In this document: in pieces, positions 9,029 to 18,787 of the stretch | Position numbering within the stretch: position 1 is the first letter of the stretch | How the letters are laid out: every line of letters begins with the position of its first letter | Source of the DNA: a virus | IMG/VR virus record: IMGVR_UViG_3300033153_013152 | Span: 1 to 64,000 of that record | DNA length: 64,000 nucleotides | Direction: 5' to 3' (one strand) | Translations under genes and position numbers: made by a program | Notes under the pieces: model-generated | What the model saw: the letters and a program-made list of their open reading frames with translations, nothing else | Database searches by the model: none | What the model was told of the DNA's origin: nothing

Positions 9029-9472
9029 TTATTTTGGACACTTGTCTGGAATTTTAATTCCAACAAAATCAGCATGTTCTGTTAATCTATGAATATTACA
9101 CTCTTCTTCTGTTGCTGTACCAACGTCTACAAATAAATCACCATATCCTTCAAATGTATTACCATCTGGAAATATTTTTACAGTAAACATTTGCTCGAAT
9201 AAACAATTATATTTATATTCTTTTTTTGATTTAAGAAATACAATACTATTTTCCTTTTCTTTTCCATCCACCTTTGTTGAGCCTCCCACTACTTCCATTT
9301 TATATTTACCATTGCTCTTATCTGTAATTTTCCAGGTAGCATCACTTTTTACGTTATATTGATTAAATAAAGTTTTGGCATATGTAATATCTACTTTATA
9401 ATAACCTTCATCAATCATACTTCCGCAAGAGCAACAGAAAGCAAATAGAATACATGCAATTAGATTTTTCAT
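9029..9472 (-). CDS. Predicted lipoprotein, paralogue of 36467..36916
   Basis: Lipobox-like CCSC; shared GYYKVD...W.I..K.NG.Y pattern. Confidence 0.6.
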   Translation of the reverse strand: MKNLIACILFAFCCSCGSMIDEGYYKVDITYAKTLFNQYNVKSDATWKITDKSNGKYKMEVVGGSTKVDGKEKENSIVFLKSKKEYKYNCLFEQMFTVKIFPDGNTFEGYGDLFVDVGTATEEECNIHRLTEHADFVGIKIPDKCPK

Positions 9473-9662
9473 TTCTTACTCCATTTTATACATGGTGGTT
9501 CTTTAGTAACTGGACTAGCACCCGAATACTTCTCTTTAGGACTATAATGAGGATGTCCTGGTGGAAAATGAAACACACCAGAAAGCCATTTTTCTACACC
9601 ACAATATTCACATACCCTTATTGTACCACTTTTTACCCATTTGTGTCCTCGTTTAGCCACCA

Positions 9663-10601
9663 TTATTCATTCTCCATTAGCCATTTCTTCCAAGCTTGAC
9701 ATGCTTTTTGGGTTATAATCTTATTATACACATTTGCTTCCTTGTTGTCCAATCTAACATACAATTCACCGAATTCTTTCTGTACATCCTTAATAAATTC
9801 CCTTAGAAATTCACCAGTTCTAGAAATCTTCATCTCTGGATTTCCACTATCTCTGGCAATATGATCAATAATTGTAGCTGTTCTACCCATAGTAACAATA
9901 CGATTAGCAAATTCATCAGCTTCATTTTGCAATGTCATTTCTTCTTCAGTTAATTTCTTTTCTTTCTTTGTCCTCACTTGCTCTACCCACTTTTTAGATT
10001 TATATTTGGCCATCATCCAATTGCCCCTACGATCTCTTTGCATCTTTAGTGCCTTAATTACAAATCCTTCTTGGATATTATCTGGTTTATCAAATCCATT
10101 CTTAGCACCAGTTGGAGTTACTTGATCAATTATCTTATTTAGTTCCTCTAGAGTAACAATACCTCTCATAATTTCAGGCACTGTTTCTACTCCAACTTCA
10201 TTGCAAATACTTACAACATCATCCCAATCTAGATAATTGCCATCTGGATCTCTAATATCAAAAACAGCAATGTCTTTGTGATCTTTGTATTCTATTCCTT
10301 TTTGCACTCCAAACCCATATACTTCACCATAAAAAGTATAGTTTACATACTTTTCTTTTATCTTTTCCCACATCTTTGGCATACTCAAAAGAATATGTAC
10401 AGAATTATAATGGGCATTATTCATTTGTCCATCTTTGAAAACAACATTGTTTCTTGAACCAATAACAATACCATGAACTTCATTGTAACTAAAACGTAAA
10501 TTGCTACCATGTAGTTTTTCTTGCACCACACACTTATGATTCAACACTTCACAGTTTTTACCTAGACCTGAGATGCTGGAATACTTTTTGAAGAATTTCA
10601 T
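9663..10601 (-). CDS. RNA ligase, Rnl2-like nucleotidyltransferase
   Basis: Motif I QEKLHGSN; FYGEVYG; FDI; EGFVIK; AKYK. Confidence 0.85.
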   Translation of the reverse strand: MKFFKKYSSISGLGKNCEVLNHKCVVQEKLHGSNLRFSYNEVHGIVIGSRNNVVFKDGQMNNAHYNSVHILLSMPKMWEKIKEKYVNYTFYGEVYGFGVQKGIEYKDHKDIAVFDIRDPDGNYLDWDDVVSICNEVGVETVPEIMRGIVTLEELNKIIDQVTPTGAKNGFDKPDNIQEGFVIKALKMQRDRRGNWMMAKYKSKKWVEQVRTKKEKKLTEEEMTLQNEADEFANRIVTMGRTATIIDHIARDSGNPEMKISRTGEFLREFIKDVQKEFGELYVRLDNKEANVYNKIITQKACQAWKKWLMENE

Positions 10602-10855
10602 TCGTTTTCCTCCCAGGTTATATTAAGACCCAAATGTCCATTATAAATTCCTAACCTTTCCTCAACACAATAATCTAACATTTCCAAAACACTAATGATT
10701 TTATCATAAGCTTCTCTTCCAAATCCCGATGGAAACTCATAATAAAGATCGAAATGCCCAAAATTGGCTCTCTTTTCTATTTCTTCGTTTATCTTATTCA
10801 AATATTCCATTTTTGATTTTTCAACCAATTCTCTGGCTTCTTTTGCGTCAATCAT
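10598..10855 (-). CDS. Hypothetical protein
   Basis: GGAG RBS; ORF track. Confidence 0.6.
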   Translation of the reverse strand: MIDAKEARELVEKSKMEYLNKINEEIEKRANFGHFDLYYEFPSGFGREAYDKIISVLEMLDYCVEERLGIYNGHLGLNITWEENE

Positions 10856-10866
10856 TTTTTCTCCAT

Positions 10867-10945
10867 AGAAGGTGGGCTCGGGAGTGAGTAGTAGGAATTT
10901 CTTCAGTCATACTAAACACTGCAGAGCCCTATATGATAACCTTCT
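10867..10945. ncRNA. Candidate structured RNA (nested stems) in an intergenic region
   Basis: AGAAGGT/ACCTTCT (10867-73, 10939-45), GGGCTC/GAGCCC (10874-79, 10924-29), CAGT/ACTG (10904-07, 10918-21); GC-rich compared with the background. Confidence 0.4.
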
Positions 10946-10954
10946 GTTGCGCAA

Positions 10955-11431
10955 TTAAATCTCTCGAATTTGACCCTCTTTCATAGCTTCTTGAACAAAA
11001 ACACGCTCTGAATCAGTAAGACCATCCTCGGAAACCGTTTCGACTTCATCAACTTCATCGGTTTCATTTCGTTCTGCTTCAACTGCTTCCGCCTCTGGAA
11101 CATCAGTTGGCTCATTTGCACCAAGAACCTCATCAAATGGAATTTCAGTACTATCAAACTCGCCATTAGCAAGAGACATGAGATCACTTGCCATTGCAGC
11201 AATGTCCTCTCGACTGAGCATACCAAAATCAGCGTTCCAACGCTCTTTGCCATAATTGCCCACATCAGCAAAACTAACGCCAAACCTACCATTGCCATCA
11301 CTATAAGCAAACAACCTCAAATGACCCTTTCCACCACGCTTAACCTTGTCTCCTGCCTTACTAGTAGCACCATTACTCTTAAGAACTGTCAACATTGTCT
11401 TCGCCTTTCTTTGTTTGAGTTTAATTCCCAA
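10955..11431 (-). CDS. Hypothetical protein with acidic tail and higher GC (possible early gene)
   Basis: ORF track; directly downstream of a consensus promoter. Confidence 0.6.
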   Translation of the reverse strand: MGIKLKQRKAKTMLTVLKSNGATSKAGDKVKRGGKGHLRLFAYSDGNGRFGVSFADVGNYGKERWNADFGMLSREDIAAMASDLMSLANGEFDSTEIPFDEVLGANEPTDVPEAEAVEAERNETDEVDEVETVSEDGLTDSERVFVQEAMKEGQIREI

Positions 11432-11442
11432 TGTCTGATACT

Positions 11443-11471
11443 AACTTAACATTGAATTTAAAAAGTGTCAA
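11443..11471 (-). promoter_or_regulatory. Sigma70-type promoter
   Basis: TTGACA (11466-11471), 17 nt, TGt-TAAGTT (11443-11448). Confidence 0.6.
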
Positions 11472-11480
11472 GAAGAAAAT

Positions 11481-12011
11481 TTACAAAATAACAACTGGCT
11501 TGTCTTTCATTTTTTTAATTGTATCTACTGTTCCACCAGAAACTTTGTCCCATACTGCAATCAACATATCCGAATCTCTTGCAATTAAAGTATTGCGATT
11601 ATAACAAGCTCTGGCATATTCCCACTTTGGAATAGTATCAAAAGTTCCTCGATCTAATTCTGGATAATGTATGGTTATTCCTAATTCATATTCTTTGGCC
11701 AATTCTTCTGCAAATTTATCTGCACCTTTTCGACAACCACCAGATACTAAATGTAGTTGAACATTTTTCTTTTTTGCTTTATCGATCAAATCAATTAAAA
11801 CATTTTCAAGTTGTTTTTTGTCTTGTGGGGCATTTCTGCTTCTGCTTCCCACAATTCCTATGTTCATAATTTTCATTTTACACCTAGGACAAACTGGTTT
11901 AAATGTTTCTCTTTCCGGAAACTTGTTCGATAATAATATTTCCCATTTATGACCACAACATTTCCATTCTCTTAGCCACCAATACTTCCATTCGTATGTT
12001 TCAAAAAACAT
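11481..12011 (-). CDS. SLOG (DprA/YspA-like) family protein with an N-terminal Cys-rich segment
   Basis: IGIVGSR, VSGGCRKGAD, RNTLIA...WD..SGGT.DTI motifs. Confidence 0.75.
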   Translation of the reverse strand: MFFETYEWKYWWLREWKCCGHKWEILLSNKFPERETFKPVCPRCKMKIMNIGIVGSRSRNAPQDKKQLENVLIDLIDKAKKKNVQLHLVSGGCRKGADKFAEELAKEYELGITIHYPELDRGTFDTIPKWEYARACYNRNTLIARDSDMLIAVWDKVSGGTVDTIKKMKDKPVVIL

Positions 12012-12203
12012 TAATCTTTTCGTTTCTTATTTTTTTCTACAAATGAATTCAAAATTTCACAATCTAAATTCAAATGATCTAATACATTTTTTATCCAATT
12101 ATTTTTTCCTAATCTGGCTTTTACTTTCTGAGAATAAGGACAAAACATATTGTGGTTTATTCTAAAATTAGGTTTGAAACAAGCTATACAAAATACATTT
12201 TTT

Positions 12204-12548
12204 TCATTCTTCTTTCTCTGTAGATTCTTTTCCCTTTTGCTCCTCTTGTTCTGCTTCAATTAATTCTTCTAACTCTTGCTCTTGTTTCTCTTTAGTTCTT
12301 GTTTTTTTGGCTTTGTCTTCTAGTGATTCAAACTTAGGATCAACCCAAATTAATTTGGTATTGTCTTTGCCCTTATGGGTATGAACCTTTTCTACAACTG
12401 TAATTGATTGATATATTGTTACACTTGGATATTCAGATTTCCAACTAACTGCACATAGACCATTTTCAAACTCCACCCCATCAGCAACTCTTCCAATACC
12501 ACTAACACCACTCACATCTTCTAATCGTTTCAAATAAAAACGTCTCAT
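12204..12548 (-). CDS. Conserved-looking phage hypothetical protein
   Basis: EDVSGVSGIGRVADGVEF pattern seen in phage proteins. Confidence 0.6.
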   Translation of the reverse strand: MRRFYLKRLEDVSGVSGIGRVADGVEFENGLCAVSWKSEYPSVTIYQSITVVEKVHTHKGKDNTKLIWVDPKFESLEDKAKKTRTKEKQEQELEELIEAEQEEQKGKESTEKEE

Positions 12549-12970
12549 AATTTTTCCTCCAAATGAAAATCTTTATCTGGACTTTTTTCTATATAGTCTT
12601 CGGAAAACGTGTATATGTGTTTTTGATTTATTGGTCTAGCTATCTTATTGGTGGAATCCCACCAAGTTTCATTATCAAAAATTAAACCATACACAAATTT
12701 TCCTCTACAATAATCAATTTCTCTTATTACTGCTGCTGCACCTTTCTTTAAAAAATGTTTGCTACCCTTCCATCCCCAAGATTTTTCTTTGGTTATAATT
12801 GGAGTTTTAGATAGCACAACTCTATCTCCAACTCTAAATGGACAAAACCTCTCAAATAATCCCTCAATGTATTCTTTAATACGTTTAGTAAAATATGGTT
12901 TGTTGTGAGAACTACCACACAAAAACTTGATTTGTTCCATCAAATCAATTAGTTCGTCAAACTTTTTCAT
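12545..12970 (-). CDS. Hypothetical protein
   Basis: ORF track. Confidence 0.55.
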   Translation of the reverse strand: MKKFDELIDLMEQIKFLCGSSHNKPYFTKRIKEYIEGLFERFCPFRVGDRVVLSKTPIITKEKSWGWKGSKHFLKKGAAAVIREIDYCRGKFVYGLIFDNETWWDSTNKIARPINQKHIYTFSEDYIEKSPDKDFHLEEKL

Positions 12971-12989
12971 ATTTTCTTACCATTTCATA

Positions 12990-13724
12990 TTATACCTCAA
13001 TAATCATATTAGAATCAAAATGATCATTTAACAAGTACAATTGTTCTTTTGGATATCCACATGGATTACAAATACATTTTGTATTATACAACTTATCTTT
13101 CTTTGGCAAATGAGTATGCCCATAAAACCAATAACTTGGCTCATTTTCTTCAATAATTTTGTCCATATCATTTGCAAAATAAATATTCAACCTACTCTGT
13201 TTATAAATAGTATGTATCAAGTCCCATGACGGAATATGATGAGTTATGCAAATGTCTCCTTTTTTCACATTGTTACGGAAAAATTCAAATGTTTCTTCAT
13301 ACTTTTCAAATGCAATTGGATCACATTTTTCAATCCAAGAAAAATCAGAAAGACAATGCTTTAACATTTTAGATTGAGCATATTCTGGAAACCAACCTAC
13401 AGCTCCAACAAAACCTTGTCCATTTATCTCTATGCGCTTATTCTCAAGCCACACGAGATTGCTCAAGGATGCCTCAGTTTTTGCCAATTTATCTTCTACG
13501 TCTGGAAATGTGGAATCATAATAGCAATGATTTCCCAACACTAAAATAACCTGATTAAATCTGTCACACAACATTGGTATTTTATATTCCAACCCTTTCG
13601 ATTGACACAAATCACCAGCAAAAATCATTATATCACAATCATTTGGAAGTTTGTTGATAAATTCTCTACTTTTTTTGTGAGAATAAAAATCCAAATGAAA
13701 ATCACTAGTAGGAAAAATTTTCAT
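12990..13724 (-). CDS. Calcineurin-like metallophosphoesterase
   Basis: SDFH, AGD, GNH, THH and GHTH motifs; start trimmed to MKIFPTSDFH. Confidence 0.85.
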   Translation of the reverse strand: MKIFPTSDFHLDFYSHKKSREFINKLPNDCDIMIFAGDLCQSKGLEYKIPMLCDRFNQVILVLGNHCYYDSTFPDVEDKLAKTEASLSNLVWLENKRIEINGQGFVGAVGWFPEYAQSKMLKHCLSDFSWIEKCDPIAFEKYEETFEFFRNNVKKGDICITHHIPSWDLIHTIYKQSRLNIYFANDMDKIIEENEPSYWFYGHTHLPKKDKLYNTKCICNPCGYPKEQLYLLNDHFDSNMIIEV

Positions 13725-13788
13725 ACTTTTTCTCCAATATATGTTATAGTTACTTATAGCACATATAACTATCAAAGGGAAGAGAAAA

Positions 13789-14658
13789 ATGTCAAAAAAA
13801 TATTCACAAGAAGAAATAGAAATATTAAAAAAATATTATCCTATCAAAGGTAGAAATTATTGCAGTAAATTACTAAAAAGAACTCCAGAAGCCATTGGGA
13901 CAATGGCATATAAATTAAACATAAAAACCACAAAAGAAAGAAGAATAGAACTCATGAAACATTGCAATGAGATCCAAAAAAATAAACCAAAAACTTACAA
14001 AGTAGATCCATGGCAATTCATGGAAAATTTTTCTCCCGAATCTGCTTATATTTTAGGATTGTTATGGGCAGATGGTAGTTTAGATATGTACAAAAAATCA
14101 ACAAAAATCTTACTAGGATGCATAGAAACTGATATTCAAGAAATATATCCAATCTTTTTAAAAACTGGTCCATGGGCTCATCATGTAAGATATCCACCAA
14201 ATAGACAACCACTGGGAATAGTTCAAACATCTAATAAAAAACTTTTTAACTTTTTACTAGAACATAATTATAGACCGCACAATACAAATTCTGCAGATTC
14301 AATTATAAAACTAATTCCGGAACATTTACAACATTATTGGTTCAGAGGATTAATAGATGGAGATGGGTGTTGGTTCGTAAGTAAAACAAAAATTACCAGA
14401 ATGTTCTCTATCAATAGTTGTTATGAGCAAAATTGGAATTATGCAGAAAATCTATTTAAGAAACTAAAAATTAAAAAATATAATATAAGAAGAATTTTGC
14501 AAAAATCTGGGAGTCGTTCTTCTATGATTAAATTCTGCGGAAAAGAAAATTTTATTAAGATGGGAAATTACATATATTATAATTATGAAAATGACCAAAT
14601 AGGATTATCTAGAAAATATAAAAAATATAAAGAAGTTATTGATTCATATATTAGATAA
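13789..14658 (+). mobile_element. Free-standing double-motif LAGLIDADG homing endonuclease with N-terminal HTH-like segment
   Basis: AYILGLLWADG and WFRGLIDGDG motifs; the only substantial plus-strand gene in the window. Confidence 0.85.
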
Positions 14659-15201
14659 TTCTCTTTTCTTTATTTCTTCTTTAATTTGTTCGTATGAAAC
14701 TGGATAATAATTCCAAGCTTCCACACTAACATCTATTCTCCTTTCCATTCCCTTTCTGAGTGGTAAACGACCATGCGAATGACCGCATACATGTATAGAA
14801 TTATAGTGTTTATTTCTCCATTGTTCAATTGGATAATGAAAAATACAAATTAATTGTTTACCACCTTTTGCGTCTGGATCTTGAACCCACAAATCATAAT
14901 AATTTCTAACCCAAACAAATTTTTCCATTGTTCCTTCTTTATATGCATAATCTTTATGATTTCCCATGATAAAATGTTTTTTTCCGTTCATCTGATCAAT
15001 CATTTTGTCGAATCTTTTTCTACTTCCAAAGTTCATATCGCCCTGCAAAAAAACTAAATCATTTTTATGAACAACTTTATTATAATTTTCTATCAATTTT
15101 TGTTCCATCTCAAAACAATTTTTGAATGGACGATTTGCCAAAGTAATTATTTTAGAATGATTGGCATGCCAATCTGATGTGAACCATATATTATTTTTCA
15201 T
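14644..15201 (-). CDS. Metallophosphoesterase
   Basis: WFTSDWH, GD, GNH, FHYP and GHSH motifs. Confidence 0.85.
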   Translation of the reverse strand: MKNNIWFTSDWHANHSKIITLANRPFKNCFEMEQKLIENYNKVVHKNDLVFLQGDMNFGSRKRFDKMIDQMNGKKHFIMGNHKDYAYKEGTMEKFVWVRNYYDLWVQDPDAKGGKQLICIFHYPIEQWRNKHYNSIHVCGHSHGRLPLRKGMERRIDVSVEAWNYYPVSYEQIKEEIKKRELSNI

Positions 15202-15211
15202 ACATTAACTC

Positions 15212-15667
15212 CTATTTTTCAAATCTCTCCATCATTTTCACTACTTTTTTATATGAAACACCATGAACATTTCTTCTGGCATATTCTTCTGCCATTGTAA
15301 CGTCAAGTGAACCAACAATTGTTTCTTTTACTTTGTATCCATATTTATTTGCTAATTCTATATATTTTCTATAATTCCACTTTTGAATATTGGTATTATC
15401 CAAAATAATCAAATCACAATCACCATTCCAATTATCATCTAATTCTGGCTGCATATTTTTTTCTACTTGTTCATAACACCATTGATGTGCCCTATTTAAC
15501 AATTTAGGATTCCAATCATAAAATCCATCTTTTCTTTCAAAGTAATAATCTGCCGAACAAATACAGCCAGATAGACCAAACATTATACAAAATCTATCCA
15601 AAACTTTTTTAGCATATGTACTTTTTCCACTACCTGGACTTCCTCTCAACACTAAAAAATATTTCAT
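15212..15667 (-). CDS. P-loop polynucleotide kinase-like protein (AAA_33 / N4BP2-like)
   Basis: LRGSPGSGKST, SADYYF, AHQWC, IILDNTN, RNVHGV. Confidence 0.8.
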   Translation of the reverse strand: MKYFLVLRGSPGSGKSTYAKKVLDRFCIMFGLSGCICSADYYFERKDGFYDWNPKLLNRAHQWCYEQVEKNMQPELDDNWNGDCDLIILDNTNIQKWNYRKYIELANKYGYKVKETIVGSLDVTMAEEYARRNVHGVSYKKVVKMMERFEK

Positions 15668-16143
15668 TTGTATTTCCTCTTGTCAAAACACATAGTTCCG
15701 CCACACAAAAATCTCCAACATTTTTCATAATATCTCAAAATAGCACCACAACCAGCTTCATACTTACTTTCTTTTGTTGAAGCCAACAAAAAATCCTTTT
15801 CCAAATGAATAGCATAATAGTATTCATTCGCATAATCAATCTCTTTTTTACAATGAGCACAAACAACTTTATTTGTAAACTTTCTTAATATATTTGGTCC
15901 TGGAAAAGTTGGCATATCAATTCATATCCTTATCTTCTGATTCAATTTCTATTTCTTCATAGGCTATTTGATCCAATGCTTCTATCACTTCCTCAACTGT
16001 TTCTTCTATCGCATAAGTATGTCCACTTCTAGTTGTAATAATTGTACAATCAGAAATGGATTGATATTCAACTGACATAATATATTGAATATTAAGAAGA
16101 ATTGGTTTGCTACTGGTAGAATATAAACAGATGAACATTAATA

Positions 16144-16494
16144 TCAATCTCCATGAATCTCAAATTGATCTTCAGTTAATCCTATTTGTCTTAAAAACCA
16201 TTTCATATTAAAATTATCCATTGTGGTCCAACCTTCAACAGTATCTTCTTTTTCTTCTATTTCCCAAGTAGCTTGACAACAAAGATCAAAGCTCCAATAG
16301 TTATACATATCTTTTTTATCCAATTCTTCAAAATCATAAACATCTTCTACTGTCTTGTTCATACTATCTTCAAACATCTTTGCCAACTCACCATGATTTT
16401 TAATACATTCAATTTGAAATGGTGTTAGATATTTCTTTTGAACAACAAAAGAAGAAGATGAACTATTACTTACAAAACCTGATCTAAATTTCAT
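16144..16494 (-). CDS. MKxRxGFVSNSSSSSF-motif family protein (copy 3)
   Basis: N-terminus MKFRSGFVSNSSSSSFVV. Confidence 0.75.
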   Translation of the reverse strand: MKFRSGFVSNSSSSSFVVQKKYLTPFQIECIKNHGELAKMFEDSMNKTVEDVYDFEELDKKDMYNYWSFDLCCQATWEIEEKEDTVEGWTTMDNFNMKWFLRQIGLTEDQFEIHGD

Positions 16495-16928
16495 TTCTTA
16501 CTCTCCCTGTCATACATAACAATTGATCCTGCAACTGATACATTCATACATATATCACCAGGCAATTGTACCACAGAATTACATTTGGACAAACACTTTT
16601 CTGACAAACCTTTATCTTCAGATCCTAATACATATACACATGATCCTGGATGAACAAAATTCTTTAATGGTCTGGATCTATCATTTATTTCTATGCCCAC
16701 CAATTTACAACTCTTTGGCATATGTGAATAAAAATCATCAAAGTTATTATAATAATACTGTGGCATATGTTTCCAAGTTTTAATTGTATCTCCTCTATAT
16801 TTCTTGTATCTTTCTCCGACAACAAAAACAAATGAAGCACCTAGAATATAAGCACTCCTAAACAATGTACCTATATTGCCAGGATACTTTATGTTTTCGA
16901 CACCTATGCCAAAGTAACCACGTTTCAT
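16491..16928 (-). CDS. SpoU/TrmH-family (SPOUT) RNA methyltransferase
   Basis: PGNIGTLFRSA, LGSEDKGL, CMNVSVAGSIVMY. Confidence 0.9.
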   Translation of the reverse strand: MKRGYFGIGVENIKYPGNIGTLFRSAYILGASFVFVVGERYKKYRGDTIKTWKHMPQYYYNNFDDFYSHMPKSCKLVGIEINDRSRPLKNFVHPGSCVYVLGSEDKGLSEKCLSKCNSVVQLPGDICMNVSVAGSIVMYDRESKK

Positions 16929-17113
16929 TGTTTATCTTCTTTCTCTCTTTTTTTGACTGCAACATCAAATTTATTTAGTGTTTCAACCAAAGTATTTCCC
17001 CACACAGTAATCAATATCCCACCATCTGGATGTACCAATGAAACAATCCAATACTTAGTATAAGCATTACTTAAATTATCAATATAGTCTCTTCTAATTT
17101 CAACTTTCATTTT

Positions 17114-17665
17114 TTATCCTTTCATTGACAATACATTAAATGGTTTTCTTACTCCTGCACTAAATTCTTCTGCTGCAGCAAGAGCTATTCTAATTCTTTT
17201 TTTAGGATTCATTTTGATTTTACTAGTTGTATATAATGAACCCAAACACAAATCATCTCCACACCCACATGCTTCATAATTACAAGAAGAAATGGCAACT
17301 TGAAAATCATTATCTACAGAAAACAATTGTCCTTTATAACCTACAATAAATTTTCCTCCGCTATCATTGTTACCATCTATTTTTCCATATCCTCCATTTT
17401 TAAAACAAATTTTAACATAATCTATAAAAAATGTATTCATATAAGTTTCTATATCCATATTTTCTGGATGTTCTGGTGGTACAAAATAATATTTAAGCAA
17501 TTGACCCATTCTAAAAGAAGTTGTAAAACCAATAAGAAACAAACCCTTTTTAAATACTTTTGTATCTTTTCTTGTTCTTAATTCTAAATTACCAACATTT
17601 ACTCCCGCACTATCTCCACCCATATAAACAACGCCATTTTCTGCTATTGCGGCTATTGCTGTCAC
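17114..17665 (-). CDS. HslV-like Ntn-hydrolase (Thr peptidase)
   Basis: N-terminal MT, GGDSAG, and GCG...LGSL as in proteasome-beta/HslV folds. Confidence 0.7.
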   Translation of the reverse strand: MTAIAAIAENGVVYMGGDSAGVNVGNLELRTRKDTKVFKKGLFLIGFTTSFRMGQLLKYYFVPPEHPENMDIETYMNTFFIDYVKICFKNGGYGKIDGNNDSGGKFIVGYKGQLFSVDNDFQVAISSCNYEACGCGDDLCLGSLYTTSKIKMNPKKRIRIALAAAEEFSAGVRKPFNVLSMKG

Positions 17666-17668
17666 ACT

Positions 17669-18787
17669 TTACTCCTCTGAATTTAAAACCACATTTTGTA
17701 AATTAAGAAATTCTTCCAATCTTTTTATATGCATCTTAGAATAAAAGTCTCTTGCATTTCTAGCCTTTCCACTTCTTATACTAAACAAAGCAGAAAAATG
17801 TTTTAAATCTTTTATGTGCATAGCAAATACTTTTTGTTCTTTTATGTTGCCGAATCTTTTCCACAATTCTTCTGTCTCAGTTATAGCTCTTTCATATACT
17901 GCTTTGATTTGATTGTGGATTTTTCTCCATTCACCAAAATGTACAAGCCATTCTTCTGACTCGGCTTTTTGAATAATCTGAAGCATTTTTCTTGTGGTCA
18001 TTCCAGATACAACATAATGCAAACGAACATAATCTTTGCACTTTACTTTAACTCGATTGAAATTCCTATCACAAACAACGAACCCTTCTTGTTCTAAACC
18101 ATTCATGTTGGCAACATTGTCCAACACTTCCTCTTTAGAATTGAAGTTGTATGTTTGTACAACTTCCCAATTCAAATTTTGTTCAGCAACAACTTGTTGT
18201 GGCCACAATTCTTGATAATGATTCATATCTCTTGCACCATGAAGAACCAAACGATCATTTGGGTGGCTGATCACAATTCTATTATGCTTTGTCATCAATT
18301 CGAAGAAATAACATTTGTCAGTTTGTTTGGGCAAATCATAATCCAATTCTTTCCACACCCTCCAAAATAATTCCTTGAAAGTAAACTCACCCATATTAAC
18401 TGAACCAGACGCATCTGGAGAACCAGATGTTGCTATGTGCCACATATCATTGTAGTAATACAATTGGCACAATGATCCATCTAGCTTTTCAAATACTTGA
18501 GAATTTGCCCAATTGACTGGAAAAGCATGTGTCTCCAAATAATTAAAAAATTTATTATAGGGGTAACAAACAGGTTTCCAATCATTGTCTTTATCTACAA
18601 TTATACCTCTACATGCTTGCACCATGGGCAATGATATATTACTTTCAATCTGATTATATTTCAAAAGATATAGATTGGGATATAGTGAATGTTGTCTTAC
18701 GATAATAGAATACTTCTTCTCTAATGCTTCCAAACCACTGTGCCGAAGAAAATAAAGCAATCTTTCAAGTTTAGTTCTTCCCATCAA
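17669..18787 (-). CDS. RNA ligase, T4 Rnl1-like
   Basis: CRG, KFFNY, FEKLDGS, FFEL, EGFVV, VKVK motifs. Confidence 0.88.
   Translation of the reverse strand: MMGRTKLERLLYFLRHSGLEALEKKYSIIVRQHSLYPNLYLLKYNQIESNISLPMVQACRGIIVDKDNDWKPVCYPYNKFFNYLETHAFPVNWANSQVFEKLDGSLCQLYYYNDMWHIATSGSPDASGSVNMGEFTFKELFWRVWKELDYDLPKQTDKCYFFELMTKHNRIVISHPNDRLVLHGARDMNHYQELWPQQVVAEQNLNWEVVQTYNFNSKEEVLDNVANMNGLEQEGFVVCDRNFNRVKVKCKDYVRLHYVVSGMTTRKMLQIIQKAESEEWLVHFGEWRKIHNQIKAVYERAITETEELWKRFGNIKEQKVFAMHIKDLKHFSALFSIRSGKARNARDFYSKMHIKRLEEFLNLQNVVLNSEE

Noticed and set aside
10867-10945. Hammerhead ribozyme or tRNA
   Set aside because: CUGAAGA is present but there is no stem II followed by GAAA; there is no T-loop, and the element is too short for a tRNA. 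Kept only as an unclassified structure.
12011-12259. Another programmed frameshift (ATG AAA AAA ATG, A7 run at 12198-12204)
   Set aside because: It would need -1 in a homopolymer, and an internal ATG could explain the ORF. If it is an error, it shows that the assembly may contain indels, which is a caveat for the main finding.
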